Part shown: positions 36,563-48,138 of the stretch, piece after piece
Position numbering within the stretch: the first letter of the stretch is position 1
Layout of the letters: every line of letters starts with the position of its first letter
Assembly: GCA_963796685.1 (NCBI GenBank)
Contig: CAWCMR010000011.1
Span: 128,001 to 192,000, forward strand
Direction of reading: 5' to 3'
DNA length: 64,000 bases
Source of the DNA: an uncultured delta proteobacterium
Lineage (GTDB): Bacteria > Myxococcota_A > Polyangia > Fen-1088
The notes under the pieces: model-generated
Told to the model about the DNA's origin: nothing
Database searches by the model: none
The model's input: the letters and a program-made list of their open reading frames with translations, nothing else
Translations under genes and position numbers: made by a program

Positions 36563-38926
36563 CTACTCCGCGAAAGTAATCTCAAGCGCGGTCACGAATG
36601 GCCGAGAGGATGGCGCCACGAAGTGTATCTCAGCGCCGTACTGATCGAGAATGCCTCGCGTGATTGGCAGCCCCAGGCCCATGCCTTGGCCGAGCACGGG
36701 ATCGAGTTCAGTGGTTGTCGATTCAAACGGGAGGAACCAACGCTCCCCCTCGGTGGGCTCTATCCTCTTCCCGGTATTCTCTAACAGGACGCGCACTCCA
36801 CCTTGATCGATGATCGAGGCCGTCGCCCGAATGCGTCCCCCGTCTCCGGCCGCCTTCACTGCATTGGTGAGCAAGTTTGAAAAGACCGTTGTTAGCTCAG
36901 CAGGGAACATGGGCGGCGTTTTGAGGTTTTCCGGGATAGCCGGCTCGATTCCTATGTTGCGCTTCGTGGCCGACCCTTCCACCAATTTGACCGCGGATGC
37001 AAAGCGCTCGGCGATGTTCAGCCGCACCCTCCGCCTACGTGCATCGGGAGTAAGGATGTCCGTAAGGTAGGACGCATGCCGCTCGAGGCTATGGCGAAGG
37101 TCCACCAGGGTGGCGTGAACGGTCGCGAGTTGCGTACGGGCCGAGGTCGGTAGACCCGGGTCGTTCCGAATGCGAGTCAATGCGGTGTCTGCGGCGCGGG
37201 CGACGCCCAAGAGGCCACGAACCTCATGGATGAAGCTACCCATCTGCGTGCCGACCGATGCAAGAACCCGGAGCATCGCTTCGTCTCGGCGGAGAGATTG
37301 AAACGTCGAGACGGCCTCATCGTAGAGCGGAATTGCCTTTGCGAACTTCTGGACTGCTGCAGCGAGATCGCCTCCCCCTGCGAGCCTTTTGGCCTCTCGG
37401 GTGAGCTCGACTGCCATCGCTGCAGCACCGGTCGCCTCAGTTGCCGGGCTCTCGGGACCATGAGTGTTACGCGATCCACCTTCGGTTGCCGTTTCGTTGT
37501 CGCGTGACGTTGGGTCTCTCCCTGCACGTCCAGACTGGCGTTCCTTTCGCCGCTCCGCCCTTGTGGCCTCTGAGGAGGCCGCGCGAACGCGGGTCGAGAG
37601 GTCGATGGCCGTACGGACGATGTCGACGAGTGCGTGGTAGGTGTCGTCTGGGACAAAACCCTCACGATTCACGAGCATCTCGAGGGACTTAGCGCCGTCT
37701 TCAATTAGGAGGACCGCCCCAAAGTAGTGGGCGTTGGGTAGTACGCTGAGTATCTCTTCTTGGACAGGGTCCTCCCCTGGGGCGGCATGCTTCAGATCCA
37801 ATTCGCCAGAACGTCTGGTGTATGCAGCATCAAGGCCCAGCCAGTCATTTCCAGTCTCACCGTAGGGAAGGACGCGGAATCCCTCCATGAATACTCGAAT
37901 ACCGGTGGTAGCGCGCACCCATGCTTGAGCGGTTTTCGGTGCGTTCAGAATTCCTTCTCGGACCAATATTCGGGCCTGAAAAAATGGGCCGAGTTGCTGA
38001 TTTGGATGAGCAAAGTCGTACGAACGCGTTTCCGCGTCCTTGTTCTTGTCGCGCGTTCGCACTGTCGGGGAGATTAGGACTCTGACCGGCTGCTTTGGGC
38101 TGGCTTCGATTTCGATGATCCAAGAGGCAGCCTCGAGCAAGGCTTGCCAATACTCGTCTCCGCCGCTGAAGTCACCTTCGAGAAGCACGCGAAATGACGG
38201 ATCCCTGCTGCTAGAGTCACGCACTCGCGGTTCCGCGAAGAGCGGCTTGGTCTTCAGAACGGACCTGGGCGGCGGCTTGATGAGGGACGCTGGTGGCTGA
38301 AAGCTCTGAACCTCCGCTAGGAACCGAGTCAGGGCAGCATCGCTCCACCTACGCCTCAGGTGGCGTAATTCGATTCGCGTACCACACTTCACTGAAGTGC
38401 GAACGGCGGAAGATCTCACCGATAGCGCGGCGTCCTTCTTCTTGGGTTCACCCGAGTCGTCGAGCTCGGACTGCTCAATCTTCTCAAGCGTTTCGTAGTT
38501 CTCGATGCTGTCCCAGTTGATTACCGCTTCGACCGACCTGCGGTCAGTGTTGGGCGTGGTCGACCACGGAACCGAGGAGACCTTGAGCGATCGCGACAGC
38601 TTATGGGCCGCAAGCCGACCTATGCCCTTCGCACCGGTGAACCTTCGCCCCCATCGCGTCGACCTGCGGTCCGTCGTATCTTTGGCCCTAGATGCGATAC
38701 GAAGGAATCCGTTCTCAAACTGTTCCGGAGCCATGCCTGTTCCGTCGTCCTCTATACGGATGATTCCGCCTCTGCCCGACCGAAGAGATTCTCCCCAAAC
38801 GACGACCTCGGATGCGTCGGCGTCGTAGGCGTTCTTCACCAGTTCGACCAGCGCAGTCGAGTCCCGCCCGACGAGCAGTGCGCCAAGTTCGCGGAAAAGG
38901 TGTGTATCAACGGAGAAACCGGCCAT
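36563..38926 (-). CDS. MORC/GHKL (HATPase_c_3) ATPase fused to a histidine kinase
   Basis: ELVKNAYDADA, IEDDGTGM and GAKGIGRLA (GHKL); S5-like GIRVFMEGFRVLPYG; H-box FIHEV, N-box SNLLTNAVKA, G2 GQGMGLGL. Confidence 0.9.
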   Translation of the reverse strand: MAGFSVDTHLFRELGALLVGRDSTALVELVKNAYDADASEVVVWGESLRSGRGGIIRIEDDGTGMAPEQFENGFLRIASRAKDTTDRRSTRWGRRFTGAKGIGRLAAHKLSRSLKVSSVPWSTTPNTDRRSVEAVINWDSIENYETLEKIEQSELDDSGEPKKKDAALSVRSSAVRTSVKCGTRIELRHLRRRWSDAALTRFLAEVQSFQPPASLIKPPPRSVLKTKPLFAEPRVRDSSSRDPSFRVLLEGDFSGGDEYWQALLEAASWIIEIEASPKQPVRVLISPTVRTRDKNKDAETRSYDFAHPNQQLGPFFQARILVREGILNAPKTAQAWVRATTGIRVFMEGFRVLPYGETGNDWLGLDAAYTRRSGELDLKHAAPGEDPVQEEILSVLPNAHYFGAVLLIEDGAKSLEMLVNREGFVPDDTYHALVDIVRTAIDLSTRVRAASSEATRAERRKERQSGRAGRDPTSRDNETATEGGSRNTHGPESPATEATGAAAMAVELTREAKRLAGGGDLAAAVQKFAKAIPLYDEAVSTFQSLRRDEAMLRVLASVGTQMGSFIHEVRGLLGVARAADTALTRIRNDPGLPTSARTQLATVHATLVDLRHSLERHASYLTDILTPDARRRRVRLNIAERFASAVKLVEGSATKRNIGIEPAIPENLKTPPMFPAELTTVFSNLLTNAVKAAGDGGRIRATASIIDQGGVRVLLENTGKRIEPTEGERWFLPFESTTTELDPVLGQGMGLGLPITRGILDQYGAEIHFVAPSSRPFVTALEITFAE

Positions 38927-39445
38927 CTGGGGGGTAGCGTACAGCAAGTCCCTGTGGCTTGCGACGTTTCTGGGCCTCGTTTCTGGTTCTCGTCTCCCGG
39001 GGGGCGACGGTTCCTAGTCAACGCGAAGCAGGTCAAGTCACTGGCATAACTACTCGGGTAAACCGCTACCAGCGACGCAAGCGCCAAACCAGCATCCTGG
39101 GGGCAATGCTCCCATGCCGACGATGCCGTGAAGACCGACGCAGCCGACGGCGACGGCGCCGGTGAACAGGGCCATGGAAGGGGGACCAGCAGCACCACAC
39201 CCGAGGGTGGTTCTCGAGGCTGGTTCCAGAGGTTTCGAGGAAGACACCGACAGAGTGGAGCAACCGTATTCGAGCACGCGAGCCATCGAGGCGGCAGCGT
39301 GGAAACGGTGCCACAATCTTCCGCGCGGGGCCTTGGCCCCATACCCGGGGCTCCTTGTGGTTCAGGTGGGAGAAGCACTCCGGGGCTCGCACTTGTGGTA
39401 GGAATGGGTTCGTCGGCCGGGATGTACGTAGCATCGGAGGGCACG

Positions 39446-41173
39446 ATGGTCGCAGGCACCGCGAAGAGGATCGGTCTTGTCATTGCTTCCACCCTTGCCG
39501 TCGCCGCATGCGGTGGTTCCTCGCTGAGAACCAGCAAGGCCAATGATTCAGGGACGAGCTCACCCGATCTTGGGGTGCAAGGCGATCTGGCGGCTGACCA
39601 CAATCCCGCCTACAAAGACGTGGCTGCTGACGTGGCTGGCATCATCCCCGATGCGGGATCCGCCGCTGATGCGGGCGTCGTCGCCATCGATCTCCGTCCG
39701 GATGCACCTCTCGTCAACCGCGACAGCGCGAGCCCAGATACTACCCTCATCGAGAAAGATGCTGCGAACGACGCCGCGGGCAAGCAGGACGTTGCTGCCA
39801 AGAAGGATGTCTCTTTGGACGGCGGTGGGGCGCCGGTATGCACGGGGACGCTCTTGTTCGGCGGCCTGCCCTTGGTGGAAACCGGGTCTTCCCCGAATGC
39901 GCTGGTATCGGGGGATCTGAACGGCGACCGCAGGCTGGACCTCGTGACAGCGAACGTGGGCACGAGCACGGTAAGCGTGCTGCTTGGTGACGGGACCTTC
40001 GCCGGCAGGGTGGACGGTGCGACCGGAGGACATCCAACCTCGGTGGCGCTCGGGGACTTGAACGGCGATGGCAAGCTGGACCTTGTTGCAACGAACGACT
40101 CGAGTACCCTGGGCGTGCAGCTCGGGAACGGCGACGGAACCTTCGGCACCATCGTGGGCTACCAAGACGTGTTGCCGAATTATGTGTTGATGGGTGACTT
40201 GAACGGTGACGGCAACATGGACTTGGTTGGGGCAGGACCTTGGTTGACTGTCTTGCTCGGCAGAGGCGACGGAACCTTCGCGACCACGGTGCTCGACACG
40301 AGCCTGGCCGCGGAGGCGGCGGCGCTGGGCGATCTCGATGGCGATGGCAAACTGGACGTCGTGGTGACGGCCACAAATCCGGAGGCGGTGAGGGTGTTGC
40401 TGGGCAAGGGGGACGGAACCTTCGTCGCCAAGGGGGACTACGCCATGTCGGCCATAGCGCTGGTGCTGGGTGACGTGAACGGCGATCGGAAGCTCGACCT
40501 CGTCCTTGCCATCCCTGATTCGAAGGTCATGCGCGTGCTGCCGGGCAAGGGCGATGGAACCTTTGCCGCGAGCAGGGACTATCCAACCGGCGGCACCCCA
40601 AGCGCGTTGGTGCTGGGGGACGTGAACGACGATGGCCACCTGGACATCCTTGCCGCGAGCTACGAATCCCAAAGCGTGAGCGTGCTGCTGGGCAAGGGCG
40701 ATGGCACCTTTGCAGCGAACACCGACTATCCGACTCCGAACCTCCCGACTTCCGTCGTGCTCGGTGACTTGAACGGCGATGGCGACCTAGACATCCTGAC
40801 AACGAACGGCGCCTTCGACGACGCCCTTGGCATTCTGCTTGGAAATGGGGACGGGACCTTCACCGCCAAGGACGGTTACCCAACCCTGCCTGACCTGACT
40901 CCGAAATCAGTGGCGGTGGGCGACTTGAATGGCGACGGCAAGATGGATCTGGTGACGGCGAACCACACCGGCACGGTGAGCCTGTTTCTCGGCAAAGGGG
41001 ACGGGACTTTCGCGACAAACGTGGACTTCGCCGCTGCCTCCATATGTCTACCCTGTGACGGCGGTCCGGACTCGGTGATGGTGGGCGACTTGAACGGTGA
41101 CGGTAGGCTGGACATCGTGGTCACGAACGAAGGCTCGGACACCATGAACGTGCTGCCCAACTCGTGCCAGTAG
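39446..41173 (+). CDS. FG-GAP/VCBS repeat lipoprotein
   Basis: Lipobox VAAC. Many GDLNGDGKLDLV...LGKGDGTF repeats. Confidence 0.9.
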   Translation: MVAGTAKRIGLVIASTLAVAACGGSSLRTSKANDSGTSSPDLGVQGDLAADHNPAYKDVAADVAGIIPDAGSAADAGVVAIDLRPDAPLVNRDSASPDTTLIEKDAANDAAGKQDVAAKKDVSLDGGGAPVCTGTLLFGGLPLVETGSSPNALVSGDLNGDRRLDLVTANVGTSTVSVLLGDGTFAGRVDGATGGHPTSVALGDLNGDGKLDLVATNDSSTLGVQLGNGDGTFGTIVGYQDVLPNYVLMGDLNGDGNMDLVGAGPWLTVLLGRGDGTFATTVLDTSLAAEAAALGDLDGDGKLDVVVTATNPEAVRVLLGKGDGTFVAKGDYAMSAIALVLGDVNGDRKLDLVLAIPDSKVMRVLPGKGDGTFAASRDYPTGGTPSALVLGDVNDDGHLDILAASYESQSVSVLLGKGDGTFAANTDYPTPNLPTSVVLGDLNGDGDLDILTTNGAFDDALGILLGNGDGTFTAKDGYPTLPDLTPKSVAVGDLNGDGKMDLVTANHTGTVSLFLGKGDGTFATNVDFAAASICLPCDGGPDSVMVGDLNGDGRLDIVVTNEGSDTMNVLPNSCQ

Positions 41174-41382
41174 ACATCCGTGGATGTCGGGTGGAGGACG
41201 GGACTACGCGGCGAAGCGCAGAATCTCGACTTCGGCACCGGAGCGCACGGCCAAGTCAGCCACGGCGTAGACCTTCAGCGCGACCTCTTCGGAGAGATAG
41301 TACTCCTCGACTTTTCCGGGTCGGACGACATGCAGGACCCGCCCGGCGACGGTCCCCGGCAGAAGGGCGCTAGGATACGGCC

Positions 41383-41472
41383 GACGGTTCGGATCCTCAT
41401 GTATAAAACGTGACAGCCCCTCACCCGCCTCGCTACGCTCGGCGCCCTCTCCCCGCTGCGCGGGGCGAGGTG
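41383..41472. repeat. REP-like repeat, family A with extended leader
   Basis: GACGGTTCGGATCC...AAACGTGACAGCCCCTCACCCGC matches 8231-8277. Confidence 0.75.
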
Positions 41473-41703
41473 TCTTCAGGTCAGGACGCTGGCGAATCGA
41501 GTTGTGAACATGTGCTTCTGCCTGCGCTCAAGGGGAGCACCTTCGGGGTTTTTCCTATTTGTGCGTCTTGGTTCCGGTCCCGTGCATCGAACGATAGCAG
41601 TTGCCTAGGAAACGAGGTTTGCTACCTTCCCATCTTCCGGTTTCAATCCTGGTTGGGCATGATCGCGAAGTGACGCCCGGTCGGGCCAAGCAAGGAGGGA
41701 CAA

Positions 41704-42106
41704 ATGGATACACAGTTGGTCGAGATCGCTCAGAGCTGCCTGTCTGCCGCGTTCGATGGAACCTGGGACTTCCCCACCATTGTGCGGACACTGCTCGCAG
41801 CCGGGTTCGAAGGGTACGACGTAGACTATCGACGAGGCACGTTCACCTACTTTCTGCCCAGCGGCGCCGGTGTGCAGCTCGGCCATGCCCAAGACGGAGG
41901 GCTCGGTGGCGGCGGAGTTCAAAGCGTCCGACGTCGAACGGGCAGTGCGAGAGGCACAGAGCAAAGCGCCGGGGTACACCTATTCAGGTTTCTGCGCGAA
42001 AGTGAAGACGGCAGGTTGCGCGGGGTATATGGTCTCGTTCCTAGGCAAACGCGTCGTGTACTTTGGGCGAACCGCAGAGACGCATGTCGAGCACTTCCCG
42101 AAGTAA
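41704..42106 (+). CDS. DUF1398-family protein, frameshift at ~41881
   Basis: FPTIVRTLLAAGFEGYDVDY, then YSGFC...AGCAGYMVSFLGKRVVYFGRTAETHVEHFP in the next frame. Confidence 0.8.
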
Positions 42107-42234
42107 GCCCTCGAAGGCGAGATTTGCGCCCCGGCCATCGAGTATCCTCCGCTGTGGCTGCGTACCCTAACCCTCTCAGCCCAAGGGCACTTCGGGACCA
42201 CCCCACCCACCACCAACCCCCGCGGCTTCGACGC

Positions 42235-42261
42235 GCCCTCGCCCGCTGCGCGGGGCGAGGG
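42235..42261. repeat. Partial family A hairpin
   Basis: CCCTCGCCCGCTGCGCGGGGCGAGGG. Confidence 0.55.
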
Positions 42262-42325
42262 GATCGGAGGGCGCACGTGCGTAGCAACTTCTTGAATTCT
42301 CGGCACCTTCAACCCGTTCGGTGCC

Positions 42326-42988
42326 CTACGAGGCCGTGGCTCCTTTGAGGAAGACGAAGTAGTCGCGATCTTCACCCACCACGTGGCCATGGATGGTCTC
42401 GACGATGACGAAGTTCAAGACGGCGGCGACCAAGATGGAACTGTCGTTCGCGCGCTCACACAGCTCCTGTGCGCGAGCCAACAGCGTGCGATGTCTGGCG
42501 GCGTGGCCTGCCAGTCCTGGATAGCCCACTTGTTTTAGAATGCGTTCCTCCTGCTGGAAGTGGGCTTCGGCGGATTGTACCAGCCGCAACAGGCTCACTT
42601 GCGCGTCTTGCGTCTTCATGCCTGGCCGCGTGGTCAGATCGAGGAGTTGGTTGCAATGGCGAAAGAGCTCGCGGTGCTCGGCATCGATGAAGGCATTGCC
42701 ACTGGCGAAGCTCGCGTCCCAGTTCAGGTTCACCAGGCCCGAGCTGCTGTCGGCCACAGCCACCGGGGTCGGGGGCGGCGTCGCGAGTCGACGCGAGTGA
42801 ACCACCTGGTTGCGTCCCGACTTCTTCGCCAGGTACATAGCCTCGTCGCTCGCCTGCAGCAGGTCGCGGGCGCTTTCGGCGTGGTCGGGGAAGAGCGACA
42901 CGCCGATGCTGGCCGAAATCTCCAACTGCACAGTCGTGCGGGGCTTTCCAAGCCGGCTGTTCCTGTTCTTGTCCCGTCCGTGCTTCAT
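42326..42988 (-). pseudogene. GGDEF C-terminal remnant fused to a hemerythrin domain
   Basis: ISASIGVS...SDEAMYLAKKSGRN without the GGDEF motif; IDAEHRELF, HFQQEE, HAARH and HVVGED hemerythrin ligands. Confidence 0.7.
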
Positions 42989-43120
42989 GCTTCTTCTGCG
43001 TCATGCACGAAGATTTGCCTCGTCACGCGGTGAATCTCCCGCTGGCGTTGGTGCATCCCAGACTAGCGGGCCACGGGCCGGGGTTGTTCGCGCGACATCC
43101 GAAGATGCGAGAGGAGAATC

Positions 43121-43759
43121 ATGAGTAAGGTATTCGTCAACATCGGGCTCAGCCTCGATGGCTACATGGCACCGGAAGGAATGACCATGGAGCATTGGGA
43201 CACGCCTGAGTACAAGAACTGGGGCACCAAGTGGGGGGCGCTGATGGCGTGGATCCTCAACCAACAGTACTTTCGCCAGAACCTCGCGCTCGGAACAGGG
43301 GGAGAGACCGGCCCGGTCAATGACCTGCTTCGCAGCACCACGGAGCGCATCGGTGCCAACATCATGGGCAAGCGCATGTTCGAGCAAGGCGAGCGCGCCT
43401 GGCCAGAGAAGGCTCCGTTTCACACGCCGGTCTACGTGCTTACCCATGAGAAGCGCGAACCGTGGGCGCGCCCGGGTGGGACGACCTTCTACTTCGTCAA
43501 TAGCGGGCCCGTGCGTGCGCTCGAGCTGGCTCGGGAATCCGCGGGCAGTCGCGACATTCGTATCGCGGGTGGAGCGGATGTCATCCAGCAGTACCTGACC
43601 ATGGGTGTCGTTGACGAGCTGGAAATCGCCTTGGCACCCGTGTTGTTCGGCAGTGGGCGGCGTCTCTTCGAGAACCTGGGCGAGACCGGGCCGCGGTTTC
43701 GCATCGACAAGGTTCTTGATGGTCCGGCAGCCACACACGTGCGCTACGTGCGTCAGTAA
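43121..43759 (+). CDS. DHFR/RibD C-terminal-like protein
   Basis: SLDGY, MGKRMF, IAGGA and VDEL...PVLFGSGRRLF motifs. Confidence 0.9.
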   Translation: MSKVFVNIGLSLDGYMAPEGMTMEHWDTPEYKNWGTKWGALMAWILNQQYFRQNLALGTGGETGPVNDLLRSTTERIGANIMGKRMFEQGERAWPEKAPFHTPVYVLTHEKREPWARPGGTTFYFVNSGPVRALELARESAGSRDIRIAGGADVIQQYLTMGVVDELEIALAPVLFGSGRRLFENLGETGPRFRIDKVLDGPAATHVRYVRQ

Positions 43760-43766
43760 GGGCGGC

Positions 43767-44327
<561 letters not shown>

Positions 44328-45068
44328 CTACATCCCCAACTTCACGCGCTGAAGCCCCATCCGATTCTGCACCAAGGGGTCCGCGGGATTGCCATGGTTG
44401 ATGTACGGAGGCGTATCAATCCACGCCACGATCGCGTCTGTCCCCTGATGGGCCATCGCGTACGACGTGATCACGCCCGCTTGGGCGATCGGCGTGGGTG
44501 CCGCCATGGGCACGCCGGCAGGTGATAGGCGCGCGATGGCGAGCTGACTGAGCGCGCCGGTGTCCGGGGCCTCCAGGACCACGGTGTCTTCGCCGATCGA
44601 GAAGAGCGGATAGGCGCCGTAGTCGTTCGTCGTATCGAGCTGCAACGGGCTGCCAAGCAAGGCGCCCGCCTGCGAAACGTGCACGAAGAGCGTCTGCGGG
44701 TCGGTGGCCAGCGAAAGGTAGACCATGGCGATTTGCGTTCCCGACCAGGTCATGGTGACTGCGTACATCTGCTGCCCGGAGATGAACGAATCGGTCCTCA
44801 GGCTGTCGTCGAGCGCGAGGTGCATCAGTTGAATGCGCTCGTTGCCGCTTGCAAACCCGACGTCCGCTGCGACTTCGAATCCATCGGCGACATAGACGGC
44901 CGACCATCCGTAGGAGAGACTGCCGACCAGATGGTCTGTGCCGATCGCGCTGCCGTCGGCGCCGACCCGTTGCAGGTGTAAGTTGCCTGTCGTGGCGGAT
45001 GAAGTGGCTTGCGGTGCGTCGCTCCACGAAAATAGGGGTCCTGCGCCGGGCTGTTCGGTGAGCTGCAC
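44328..45068 (-). CDS. Hypothetical beta-rich protein (possibly a 5'-truncated lipoprotein)
   Basis: Repeated W.G...and L...G motifs resembling propeller blades. No clear start. Confidence 0.45.
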   Translation of the reverse strand: MQLTEQPGAGPLFSWSDAPQATSSATTGNLHLQRVGADGSAIGTDHLVGSLSYGWSAVYVADGFEVAADVGFASGNERIQLMHLALDDSLRTDSFISGQQMYAVTMTWSGTQIAMVYLSLATDPQTLFVHVSQAGALLGSPLQLDTTNDYGAYPLFSIGEDTVVLEAPDTGALSQLAIARLSPAGVPMAAPTPIAQAGVITSYAMAHQGTDAIVAWIDTPPYINHGNPADPLVQNRMGLQRVKLGM

Positions 45069-45327
45069 GCCATATGAGCCCGGGTAGTCGTGCGAGCCAA
45101 TGACAGCGCCCGTGGCATCGAGGGCTATGAGCGTCGTCTTGGTCGGACCGCCGGCACTTTGGATGCAGGAGAGAGGTGGCCGTTACAAAGGGAACAAAGG
45201 AGGCTCCGTCGAAGCAATGTTCGTCACCCAGGTTCGTCGATGCCCGCCCACCAGGCGGACTTCTCCGGGAAGGGCGCGGTAGCTGCGCCAAAACCGAGCA
45301 CTTGCCCGATGGGTCACAGGCTTGTCG

Positions 45328-45428
45328 GTAGGCGCGGCTTCACTTCCCCTCACCGGCCGCGCTTCGCGCGTCGGCCTCGCCCCGCGTGCCCGCGGGGCGA
45401 GGCGATAGGGCCGCTGCGCGGCCCCTAC
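45328..45428. repeat. Family B repeat bracketed by GTAGG...CCTAC REP-like feet
   Basis: 45346-45426 is an inverted copy of 11718-11798. GTAG at 45328 and CTAC at the 3' end. Confidence 0.8.
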
Positions 45429-45516
45429 AAGACAGCATCCGGGCTCACGCGGCGGACGAGGTCCGGGGCTTGGGCGGGGGAAAGACTGGCGGTGATAGCG
45501 CCGGCTTACGGGTCGG

Positions 45517-46065
45517 CTAGCGCTGCGATCTCTTTCCCGCGGTCACGTCGGCGTTGAACTGCGCCGACTGCCCCTTGGGCACCGAGAGGGTCTTCCAGGC
45601 GCCGCCGGCGAAGTGCTTGGCGAGGAAGACCATCTGACCGATGTGGTACGCATAGTGGGCCACCTGCCGGTTGATCGCCTGCATGACCGAGTGAGGCTCC
45701 CCGCGGATGGTGACGGTCCTCGTCAGCTCGGCGTCGCTGAGCGAGCCGAGCGCAGAGAACAGCACCGCCCATCCCCGCCCCCACAACTCCAGCAGCTCGG
45801 CGCGCGCGGCCGGCGGCGCTTCGAACTCCGAGTCGCGATTGCGGTCGGGCTTTTCCCCATCGGCGGTCAAGAAGTCGGTCCAGCGTGAACGCATGTTTCC
45901 CGCCAGGTGTTTGACCAGGATTGCGATGGAGTTCGATTCAGGGTCCAGTTGCGTCGTCAGCCGATCGTCCGGGCACTGGTCGATCGCGCCTTGACCGAGC
46001 TTCTGATACTGGCGGAAAACGGCGAGCGCATCCTTGACATACGAGGTGGTGAATTCGAGTGCCAT
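45517..46065 (-). CDS. DUF1572 (DinB superfamily) protein
   Basis: SNSIAILVKHLAGNMRSRWTDFLT..GEKPDRNRDSEF and HYAYHIGQ motifs. Confidence 0.9.
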   Translation of the reverse strand: MALEFTTSYVKDALAVFRQYQKLGQGAIDQCPDDRLTTQLDPESNSIAILVKHLAGNMRSRWTDFLTADGEKPDRNRDSEFEAPPAARAELLELWGRGWAVLFSALGSLSDAELTRTVTIRGEPHSVMQAINRQVAHYAYHIGQMVFLAKHFAGGAWKTLSVPKGQSAQFNADVTAGKRSQR

Positions 46066-46179
46066 GCGTACAGCATAGCTTGGTATCTTCCGGGTAACCA
46101 TTGCGTCCCGCGGTTGCTTCGTGCCGGAAGCGCGGGCACCTGCGTGGCTGGCTTGCTAGCCTCGGGCGAGGAGGACAGG

Positions 46180-46743
46180 ATGATGAAATTCAGTGCGCTT
46201 CTTTTCTTGCCCCTCGTGGCGGCATGCGGGTCGAGCTCGGAAAACGCGGATGCGACAAGCGCGGGTCACGAAGGCGATGGCGGTCTGGCCGTCGGCACAC
46301 GGGACGCCGCCACCGGTGCTTGCTCTGCTATTTCGCCGGCAGGAGCCGTATTTTCCTGGCAGGACAACGGTACGCCCGAATGTGCGGTGGTGGTCGAGGC
46401 CACGCGCATGACCAGCTCGACCCAGGATTTCCTCGAAATTGTCACCGGGACGGGCACAGGTGTCGGTGTCGGCATTACGGTGGTCGCCTATGGTTCGGCT
46501 CTCGAGGGAACCTACAACTGCAAGAGCGACGCGGGCATCTCGTCCCAATATGTGGACTTCGTCTATACGGGGCGATCAGGGCTCATGCTCCAGGATTGCA
46601 CGATCACCATCGTCAGCGCCGGCGCGCCGGGCGGCGTGAATGCCGTTGGAACCTTCTCGGCGGTTCTGACCTCGGCCACGGGTGGCACCACCACCATCTC
46701 CAATGGCGTGTTCAACACGCCCATCCCGGTCACCGGTGGCTAG
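46180..46743 (+). CDS. Hypothetical lipoprotein
   Basis: GGAGG RBS, lipobox VAAC, ends GTFSAVL...ISNGVFN. Confidence 0.7.
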   Translation: MMKFSALLFLPLVAACGSSSENADATSAGHEGDGGLAVGTRDAATGACSAISPAGAVFSWQDNGTPECAVVVEATRMTSSTQDFLEIVTGTGTGVGVGITVVAYGSALEGTYNCKSDAGISSQYVDFVYTGRSGLMLQDCTITIVSAGAPGGVNAVGTFSAVLTSATGGTTTISNGVFNTPIPVTGG

Positions 46744-46744
46744 A

Positions 46745-47284
46745 CTAGGCCGCGCTGGCTCCGCCGGGCCCGCGCGACTCAGCTCTCTCTGCCAGCAGCA
46801 ACATGCTCTGGTAGGTGAGCACCTGCTGAGGAAAGAGGTCTTCGGTAATCCATCGTCGAGCCGAGCTGTCGAGGGCGGGCCACGCCTTGTCGTAGAAGCG
46901 GATACCCCGGCTCTCGCCGGCTTGCAGAACGCGTGTGGCCCACTTGAAGGTCATGGCCTTGGCCACGCCTTCGAGGAGAGCGACCACGCGGCCCCGCAGC
47001 CCGGAGGTGGCGACGGGCGTGCCGTCTCGTCGCAGGATTTCAGCGACCAAGAGCTGCACGCGCGCGCGATGCGATGCGAGGCATTCCTGGAGGTCGTCCG
47101 AATGAGCCACGGCGTGGCTTCGCCCGGGAGCCAGCGCCTTCTCATAGGCCTCGACCGCGGCCAGCTCGCCCCGCAGCAAGGCATTGAGAGCCTCCACTGT
47201 ACCGGACGGGCCGTCGCAATCCCACCGATCGGCCCGCTGACTTTGTTGGCTTACCCCAGAGGAGTCGTTCGAGTGCACATCCAT
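46745..47284 (-). CDS. DUF2383/PA2169 ferritin-like protein
   Basis: LNALLRGELAAVEAYEKAL...H...LQAGE motif. Confidence 0.75.
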   Translation of the reverse strand: MDVHSNDSSGVSQQSQRADRWDCDGPSGTVEALNALLRGELAAVEAYEKALAPGRSHAVAHSDDLQECLASHRARVQLLVAEILRRDGTPVATSGLRGRVVALLEGVAKAMTFKWATRVLQAGESRGIRFYDKAWPALDSSARRWITEDLFPQQVLTYQSMLLLAERAESRGPGGASAA

Positions 47285-47492
47285 GCCGCCTTGCCTTGCC
47301 AGATCCGTGCCTGCTCTCTCAATTCCATGGGCTCCGGGCTTGGAACCGGCGAATTCGTCACCAACTAGTAACAGACGGTGGGCGTCGTTTCCTTCTTGCT
47401 ACTGGTTGCAGGCGCGAATCCTTGGTCTATCCGCCTTCATCGAACAAGGGCCTCTGTCATGAAGACGCAAACTCATAGTCTTCATACCCACC

Positions 47493-48053
<561 letters not shown>

Positions 48054-48138
48054 CCCCATCGTCGTTACCAGAGTTCCGCGCGAAACCTTTCGCGGCTGCA
48101 CGTCATCCATGACGGACACATCACGCTTGGGAGGAGTC

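Noticed and set aside
39890-41160. Repeated DNA motifs as an array or DGR
   Set aside because: Explained by FG-GAP protein repeats. No reverse transcriptase or TR/VR pair seen.
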